Below are positions 55,634-64,000 of a stretch of DNA of 64,000 bases, piece after piece (the stretch's first letter is position 1; each line of letters starts with the position of its first letter). The stretch lies in NCBI RefSeq assembly GCF_006345805.1, contig NC_042997.1, positions 157,108,001 through 157,172,000 of the forward strand, read 5' to 3'. The translations under genes were made by a program, and so were the position numbers. This DNA comes from Octopus sinensis (Eukaryota). The notes under the pieces were generated by a model. That model worked only from the letters and a program-made list of their open reading frames with translations. It searched no databases and was not told the origin of the DNA.

Positions 55634-56503
55634 TATACATTTATATATATGTATCAGTATGTATGTATATATGTGTATATGTGTGTATGCGTATAAATAA
55701 ATATATATAAAAGGTAAAGTACGTCTGTGTTATTATTTAAAGTTAATTCAGTTATTTAAATTTCTGCCTCGTGGGGACTTGGCATGCTACTATGCTGCTG
55801 CTGTTATTTAATCCCATGTCAGAAATGAAAGAGCAGATCTGTAGATCAAAATAATCCCGATCAGAAAATATCGACATTTTGTTTTTTGTCAGGACGGTGC
55901 GAGCGTAGGGAAATGTTGCTGCTATCTCTAGCAGATCGAGCAACTACGTTAAGGCAGCGCACCTTCAGTGACTCTGTAACTAAGTGATTTAAGTACAACA
56001 TGGAGATTTTTGAAAGAAAGGAGATATAAAATGTTGACGTTCATAATTTTTGTCAAGAATGTTAGAGACTTCATTGAAGTGAGAAGTAGAGGTAATTTTA
56101 TTTTGTAAGGCATTGATGGATAAGGTAGTAGCAAGTAAGAATCGAAACTGGGTCGCAGAGAACTTAACGCCATAGTAGTACGGCGCCCACAACAAGTAGG
56201 GTTTACGAAAATGAACGCTTTCCTGGTTTTCGAGGGACTGATGTGGCGACACCAAGTCTGCTTCTGGCAGCATTGCTGACAGAAAAGTCGTTCTGACGAT
56301 GAAGATCCGCTCACATTTCTTTCTGCCCTTTTCCAAATGAGTTCGCTCGCTCGCATACGCAAATAACTGGCATTCACACACATATACACACACAAGAAAA
56401 TATATTCTTACATTGAAGCATATATGAATATATATATACACACATACATATATATATATAATGTATACACAACACATATATATGCATTTATACACACACA
56501 CAC

Positions 56504-56547
<44 letters not shown>

Positions 56548-56626
56548 CACAGAGAATCATACATATATAATATATATAAATATCCATATTAATCTATCTA
56601 TCTATACTCATACACACACACACACA

Positions 56627-56662
<36 letters not shown>

Positions 56663-57552
56663 ACATACATATATATGTATATATATATAGATACATATAC
56701 ATATATATATATATTATACATATACATATATACATATATATACATATACATTATACATATATATATATACACAGGGTAACATATAGATATATACACATTT
56801 ATATATGTATATAATTACAGACATACACGAATGAATGCAGCATACACCTAAACTGCGTGCATTCACCCATATACCAAATACATAAAATCTCAGATAAACC
56901 CACTCCATACTATATAACTTTATAAGTGTATAACATGTATAAGTGTATGAATGTGCGCACATGTATGTGTATGCGTGTACATACAAATCCCTATACATAC
57001 AAACGCACACATACACACGTATACATACATGTATATATACCCTACCGTATAATCTATTAATTAAGCCAATGTATATGCATATGTAAATATATATGTGTTG
57101 TGTGTATATGTGCGTGTGTGTATATGAATGATTCGCGCATTTGGTAAGATTGTTCATTCTGGAAGGGAATGTTTATCTCGCACTCAAAATGCTTAGCGGC
57201 ATTTCGACTGTCCTTACGTTTTGAGTTCAAGTTCCGTCGAGGTCGATAAATTAAGTACCAGTAGTGCACACTGAGGTCAATGTAATCGACTGTACTTTTC
57301 CTCCGAAATTGCTGGCCTTGTGCCCAAATTTGAAATCAATATTTATATCTCATAAAATGGATGTTGTGTTAGAACATATAATACTGTGTTATTTACCACG
57401 AGGACACTTTTCGTATGGACTTGTGATTATAGACATGCACGCGTATCTATGTTGCCAGATCACGTGATTTTGCCCTTCCTTAACCATGTCAATGACGGGT
57501 ATCTGGTTAAACACAGTACATGATTCTCCCGTCAGCGATATATAGAATCTCT

Positions 57553-57972
57553 AAGGCGGCGAGTTGGCAGAAACGTTACACGCCGGGCGAAATGCTTAGC
57601 GGTAGTTCTTCTGCCGTTACGTTCTAAGTTCAAATTCCGCCGAGGTCGATTTGCTTTTCATCCTTTCGGGGTCGATAAATTAAGTATCAGTTACGCACTG
57701 GGGGTCGATGTAATCGACTTAATACCTATATCTGTCCTTGTTTGTCCCCTCTATGTTTAGCCCCTTGTGGGTAGTAAAGAAATAGGTATTTCGTCTGCCG
57801 TTACGTTCTGAGTTCAAATTCCGCCGAGGTCGACTTTGCCTTTCATCCTTTCGGGGTCGATTAAATAAGTACCAGTTACACACTGGGGTCGATGTATAAT
57901 CGACTTAATCCGTTTGTCTGTCCTTATTTGTCCTCTCTGTGTTTAACCCCTTGTGGGTAGTAAAGAAATAGG
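57553..57972 (+). mobile_element. SINE family B head-to-tail dimer
   Basis: A full copy at 57553-57785 is followed directly by a second copy starting internally at ggtatttcgtctgcc. Confidence 0.85.
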
Positions 57973-58417
57973 TATTAATACTTCTTTTGACGCTGTCAAT
58001 GTTGCTTTGTACTGATGTAAAGTTGTAGGTTCATAGATATAATCAGCTGTTCCTTAAATATATACTAGTGGCCCTAAGCCCATGATACACACACGTATAT
58101 ATGTATGTGTATACACAATGTAATACACACACACATACGCATACACACAGACATGTCAGTTTTTAACAGTCTTGCCTTCAGTAACGACATTCTCTGTTTC
58201 CAAATTGTTATTTCTTTGGCCATGCAACGACAGTCATGCTTTTCTCCGGACTACTTACTCCTTCCTTTAGCACTTCTCTAGTCTTTTCCCCCAATCCGAC
58301 GAAGAGCCATGCCCGAAAAGTCATTTCTACTCCTATTTTCCATCCAACACTTTCACTGAGTGTCAGTCCAAATAATTTTTGTTGTTTTTTCCTGTTTTTA
58401 TTTTGCATCTATCTATC

Positions 58418-58526
<109 letters not shown>

Positions 58527-58733
58527 TGTCTGTATGCCTGCCTGCCTGTCTGTCTGTCTGTCTGTCCGTCTGTCTATCCATTTACAATTAAAAGTCAGAA
58601 AAAAGAGTACTCAAAACCATGGTAGAGGTTAATGATGTTTTATTTTAGTCGAGTCAGCATCTTCTATTCCCTTCCCTGAAGCTTTTGTATTCCTACAGGT
58701 GAAACTCAGAATAGTAAGAGGCTGACTAGACCA

Positions 58734-58776
<43 letters not shown>

Positions 58777-58926
58777 TCAATTACACGTATGTATATATAT
58801 ATATTCACCTCTCGTATTAAATGCCTCTACAGCCCACGCAATATTATAGTATGAGTGCGTGTGTGTGGAACAGACTAATGAAACGTATAAGAAGCTATAT
58901 TTACAAATGGACGAATTGGGATGCTT

Positions 58927-59379
58927 GAGTGTGATGGAAGTTAAGACGTGAGTGAAAATGTAACAGTAAGGCGTGCGCACACGCACGCACGTACGTACAC
59001 GCGCGCGCACACACACTACACACAAGATTTATAATAAAATAATAAATAATAATAATGAAATTATTGTATACAGTGCTCAGGTGCAACACAACTTATCAAA
59101 AGTGCGTACGCACGTGAATACACACACACACACACGCATACATACATGCATGCATACATACATACATACATACATACATACATACATACATACATACATA
59201 CATACACTTATACACTCACAAATATGGTGGTATTTATTAATCGTCGGTACGGTGATGTGAACTTAATTTTATCTCGATGTAGATATACAGTCTTTAAAAT
59301 AGTCAAACAGGAGAAAGACAGACATACAAACGAACAAGTTGTTAGATCAATCGATCGATCGAGAGATAGATAGATAGAT

Positions 59380-59433
<54 letters not shown>

Positions 59434-59619
59434 GAGTGTGATGGAAGTTATGTAAGACGTGAGTGAAAGTGTAACAGTAAGGCGTGCGCACACGCACGCA
59501 CGTACGTACACGCGCGCGCACACACACTACACACAAGATTTATAATAAATAATAAATAATAATAATGAAATTATTGTATACAGTGCTCAGGTGCACCACA
59601 ACTTATCAAAAGTGCGTAC
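58927..59619. repeat. ~185 bp direct repeat (58927-59109 and 59434-59619)
   Basis: gagtgtgatggaagtta...cacaacttatcaaaagtgcgtac is present twice. Confidence 0.9.
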
Positions 59620-60063
59620 AAAGCATATGCAGTAATGTACAAATGTCTGGAAAGTGAACAGCGTATGAGTCAGATACATGCTTGCCTGTGTATGGAGGGG
59701 AGAAAATCAGGTTTAGTGTTGGCGAATCTCTGAAAGCATGGAAGTTTTGAAGGATGCAGTGCTCCGACAACTAACAACTGATGCCGGCAGTTTGTTCCAT
59801 ACTTCAGCAACTCTTAGTGGGAAAAAAAAATGTTTCCGAAAGTCATGGGAGCTGTGCTGTTTTCTGACTTTGTAAACATGTCCACGGGTGTTAGACAGGT
59901 GGAGTTTGAAAAGGTGCTCAGAGTTATTGTTAGTAAGATGGTTAATAATTTTATGGGTGTCTGCCAAGTCAGCTGCCAGACGTCGGAGTTTCAAATTATC
60001 CATGCCCAGGGAAGAAAGGCGTTCAGAATATGGCAAATGCCTGACAGAGGGTATTGGTTGCAC
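59545..60063 (-). mobile_element. CR1-type LINE 3' fragment with (ATT)n tail
   Basis: LPYSERLSSLGMDNLKLRRLAADL...NTRGHVYKV...RKHFF..RVAEVWNKLPASVV...SFK, followed by a 3' UTR ending tttcattattattatttattatt. Confidence 0.85.
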
Positions 60064-60413
60064 GTCGTTGATCTGATGATCGTAGTAATCAGTAATAAGT
60101 TCAATGTTACATATTAAGGATACATGCTATCCATTGTCTTCATAGAACATGGCCAGATGTTACGCCTTTTATCTCTTCAGTGAAGACTTCACCGAGAAGA
60201 CATGACCAGTTGCTGTGATTTCCTTCTTCTCGAAATAGTTTTTCTTGAGGAAACTGGAATCGCAAATAAGTCTATCTTGGAAGCAATAAACTTCATGTAT
60301 GTATCTGTGTAGGAATGCGTGTATGTGTACGTGTGTATGTACATGTATGTATGGATGCATGTACGAATATGTGCATGCACGCATGTATGCAAGTGTGTGT
60401 TTATGTGTGTGCG

Positions 60414-60464
<51 letters not shown>

Positions 60465-61060
60465 GTGTGTGTATATGTATATTGTGTAAATACATAATAC
60501 ACACAGGGAGAGAAAGAGAAAGAAAGAGTGCGCATGTGTGTGTGAGAGAGAAAGAGGTGCGTGTGTGTGTGAGATAGAGAGAGAAAGTGTGCGTATGTGT
60601 GTGTGTGAGAGAGAGAAAAAGTGCGTGTGTGTGTGTGTATGAGTGAGAGAAGCATGAGCGACAAAGTAAATATGTGTGTGTATCTGTGTGTTTATAAGGA
60701 GAGAGAAAAAGAGAGAAGATAAAGAAGATAGTGGCGAGAGAATGAAAGATGGAAAGAATAGTAGATAGGGGAACTAGGGGGAAGAAAGGTGAGATCGAAA
60801 TATGGACTCGTCTAGTAAGCGACTTGCTCTGTGAACGTGTGTTAAAGCCAAAACACTTAAAATCATGGGAGAGCTATTTTAACCTTATTTTGATGCCTCA
60901 GGAAATAAATGAAAAGAATAATGGTGAATAGAAAGATAGATAGATACAGAAGACGTACATTGAAAAGATGGAGAAGAGAGAAAGGAAATAAATAATGGAT
61001 ACAAATGTTGGCATGCGGTCAGCAATTCTAGTAGGAGTTAGTGAATAATGTTGACTCCAG

Positions 61061-61160
61061 NNNNNNNNNNNNNNNNNNNNNNNNNNNNNNNNNNNNNNNN
61101 NNNNNNNNNNNNNNNNNNNNNNNNNNNNNNNNNNNNNNNNNNNNNNNNNNNNNNNNNNNN
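61061..61160. other. Assembly gap (100 N)
   Basis: Run of N. Confidence 1.
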
Positions 61161-61406
61161 TTTTGGAAGTTAACGATCTGTTTGGCGTGCAAATGTTGAC
61201 ATACTGTTAACATTATATACAAAAGTATATTTTGAACTGAACATGTACATTAATTAACAGTTGACATTTATTAGAAATACATACACTCACACACATTTGT
61301 GTATATTATGAATATGCATTTAAATATATATTGTTAAAAATACGAAACACACACTCTCATGTAATATATTTGTGCATATTTTAAGAATTATTAAATAATA
61401 TACATA

Positions 61407-61592
61407 GGCGCAGGAGTGGCCGTGTGGTGAGTAGCTTGCTTACCAACCACATGGTTCCGGGTTCAGACCCACTGCGTGGCACCTTGGGTAAGTGTCTTTT
61501 ACTATAGCTTCGGACCGACCAAAGCCTTGTGAGTGGATTTGGTAGACGGAAACTGAAAGAGGCCCGTCGTATATATATATATATATGTGTGT

Positions 61593-61637
<45 letters not shown>

Positions 61638-61840
61638 GTCATTGTATTTGTGTTTGTACCCCCAACATCGCTTGACAACCGATGCTGGTGTGTTTACGTC
61701 CCCGTAACTTAGCAGTTCGGCAAAACAGACCGATAGAATAAGTACTAGGCTTCCAAAGAATAAATCCTGGGGTCGATTTGCTCGACTAAAGGCGGTGCTC
61801 CAGCATGGCCACAGTCAAATGACAGAAACAAATACAAGAA
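61407..61840 (+). mobile_element. SINE family A full-length copy
   Basis: Homologous to 1268-1690 end to end. Confidence 0.85.
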
Positions 61841-62893
61841 TATATGCTAAAAACACGAAAATGTTTCAATATAACCACCTTTCACCAAGGACCTACTTCC
61901 ATTACAATCTCTCCATCCTGAAGATTAATCTGGGAGACCTTGAAATATCGACTGACTGAGAAAATTTGTTGTTCAAAGTATAAGCACAGAGGACTAACAA
62001 GGAAAGATTCTAAATTCTAAATGGAGCATAGTTGTGTTTTCATTCGTATACAAACAGGCACACACATACATTTACATTCACAGTATATGCACGTGTTGTA
62101 TGCTTATATAATACTCATATCCATTACACTGTATGTATAGATATTTATACATATACACACACATGTATGTATTTATTGCGTATGCGTATGTGTGTGTATA
62201 TGTGTAAGAGAGCGAGAGAGAAAGAGAGAGAGAGGCTAAGAATTTAAACCTTCAGATTTTTCATGTTTTAGAGCATTAGTGTCAAACTCGATTAAATTTG
62301 ATGAGGATTTTTATTTCATATCCTACCACACCTGTATTTTCTGTCCTGTTTTCTTTTATTCCTTAAACTCAGTACATTCTCACCGAATGAGACTTTGGTA
62401 TATTCTATCAACCCCCGACTCATAGCAGATTTTTTCTCTCTCTGCAAAATCTAACGAAACATAGTCTTTGTTTAACCTCCAGATATGTTCGTCCCAAAAG
62501 TGAACCTTCGTAAACTTTCTTGTCTGTCTACAGATGTTCTTCTAGTTTATATAGCTCTTCCATTTCAAGCCTTCAACAATTCAAAAGAAATCTCTATCAC
62601 GCCCATATGACCAAACCTTCTTAACTTTCTTTATCAGAATGCTTCTCAAAGACCTATTTCCTTCGCTTCCCATTTCAGGTGCCACCGATAAAACTTCGCC
62701 TTTTATCTAACCAGGGTCGACAAAATAAAGTATCTGTTGAACAATGGGATCAATGGTATTGATTACATGCACATACACACACATATGAACGCGCACACGC
62801 ACACACACACACATACAAGCACACAGACTTGCTTACATGCATACACGCATTCGTGCATACACACGTACATACATACATACATACATACATACA

Positions 62894-62929
<36 letters not shown>

Positions 62930-62935
62930 TATAGT

Positions 62936-63135
62936 TAATCCAAACATGAACAAAGAGAAAAGATAACGCGAGGACGTGAAACAAGTATAGTGTTATTGGA
63001 CACTAAGAAAAAGAAAGGAAGAAGGAGGATTTGACGTTTCGAGCGAAGCTCTTCGTCAGAAACATAGAAAAAGGAGGGGTCCAAGGAAGGGAAGACGGAG
63101 AAAGAAAATCGCCAACGATACACACGCAGTCACAC
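62936..63135 (-). mobile_element. Short hammerhead-carrying interspersed element, copy 3
   Basis: Same family as 5033-5215, between (TACA)n(TA)n and (CA)n. Confidence 0.75.
63029..63063 (-). ncRNA. Minimal type I hammerhead ribozyme motif
   Basis: Minus strand reads GTTT-CTGACGA-A-GAGC TTC GCTC-GAA-ACGT-C-AAAT, with an intact core and canonical GUC triplet. Confidence 0.7.
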
Positions 63136-63600
63136 ACACACACATACACACACACACACACACATAGACACACACACACACACGTACATACGCACACATA
63201 CATACATTTAAACATAGATACATACATGGTGTTTATTGCTCTTTTCCAGCATAGACTGATTTTGCGATTCCAGTTTCCTCGAGAAAGACTTCTATGAGGA
63301 GAACTGCTAGCCTTGTGCTTAAATCGCAAACTATTATTACAAATATCATTTCCTTTTCGATATATCGAGGCTGTTAGAATGGCATAAGCGGCAGGGCGTC
63401 ATAAAAAACAAAACAAAACCAAAGAAAACAAAACAAAAAACAAACAAACAAATAACTCGCGATATTTGTTCTGATTTCAAATCTCATTAAAGTAAACTTT
63501 ACCGTTCTTCCTTTTCGGGGGTCAATAAATTCAAGCTGCGGTCGATTTAATCGACTGACCTTACTCCTACAAAAATATCCCGCTCTTGTGCCCATGTCAG

Positions 63601-63666
<66 letters not shown>

Positions 63667-64000
63667 TACTACTACTACTACTACTACCACTACTACTACC
63701 ACTACTACTACAGTTACTACCTACTCATTAACAGACCGCATGAAAACGACGGCATGAAATACTTTATCAAACTATATTATTGTTTTTGCCATCATTCCTG
63801 TCTGTTTGGCAGTAACTTTATATCTATCTCATGATCATCGTCTCATTTTATAGCAAATAAAGATGATAAGGAAACAATGTCTAGTGCTGTTTGACACTTA
63901 CCGATGTTTCTATTCGTTAGCGAGGAATTAAGCAATAACAATTGTAGCACTCCACTCTAAAACACTACATGCCCTTTAGCGAGTCTGCATGCGTGTACGT

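Noticed and set aside
56293-56320. CTGACGA box
   Set aside because: No downstream GAAA box or stem I partner.
55949-56564. 148 aa and 191 aa ORFs
   Set aside because: They start in microsatellite and have no recognisable domain or splice context.

Overview
AT-rich, microsatellite-dense animal genomic DNA. The SINE families and repeat landscape suggest a coleoid cephalopod, probably Octopus (inference). The only host gene I can support is a minus-strand Prrx (paired-related, Q50 PRD-class) homeobox gene: a homeodomain exon at 29350-29537 and a terminal exon at 9926-10264 with an OAR motif, separated by a ~19 kb intron. Its first coding exon was not located. The rest is intronic or intergenic DNA with two tRNA-like SINE families, non-autonomous Helitrons, Tc1/mariner remnants and MITEs, RTE, CR1 and Penelope-like fragments, a 1.38 kb tandem duplication and a 100-N gap. 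Nearly all other listed ORFs are microsatellite artefacts. Two unexplained structures stand out. The first is a set of hammerhead-ribozyme motifs: one full type I fold at 4860-4950 and a family of ~180-220 bp (TA)n-embedded elements, each with a minimal dimer-type hammerhead. The second is a 32-bp-periodic array of ~16 TAATTA homeodomain sites upstream of the Prrx homeobox exon. Repeat boundaries were read by eye and are approximate.
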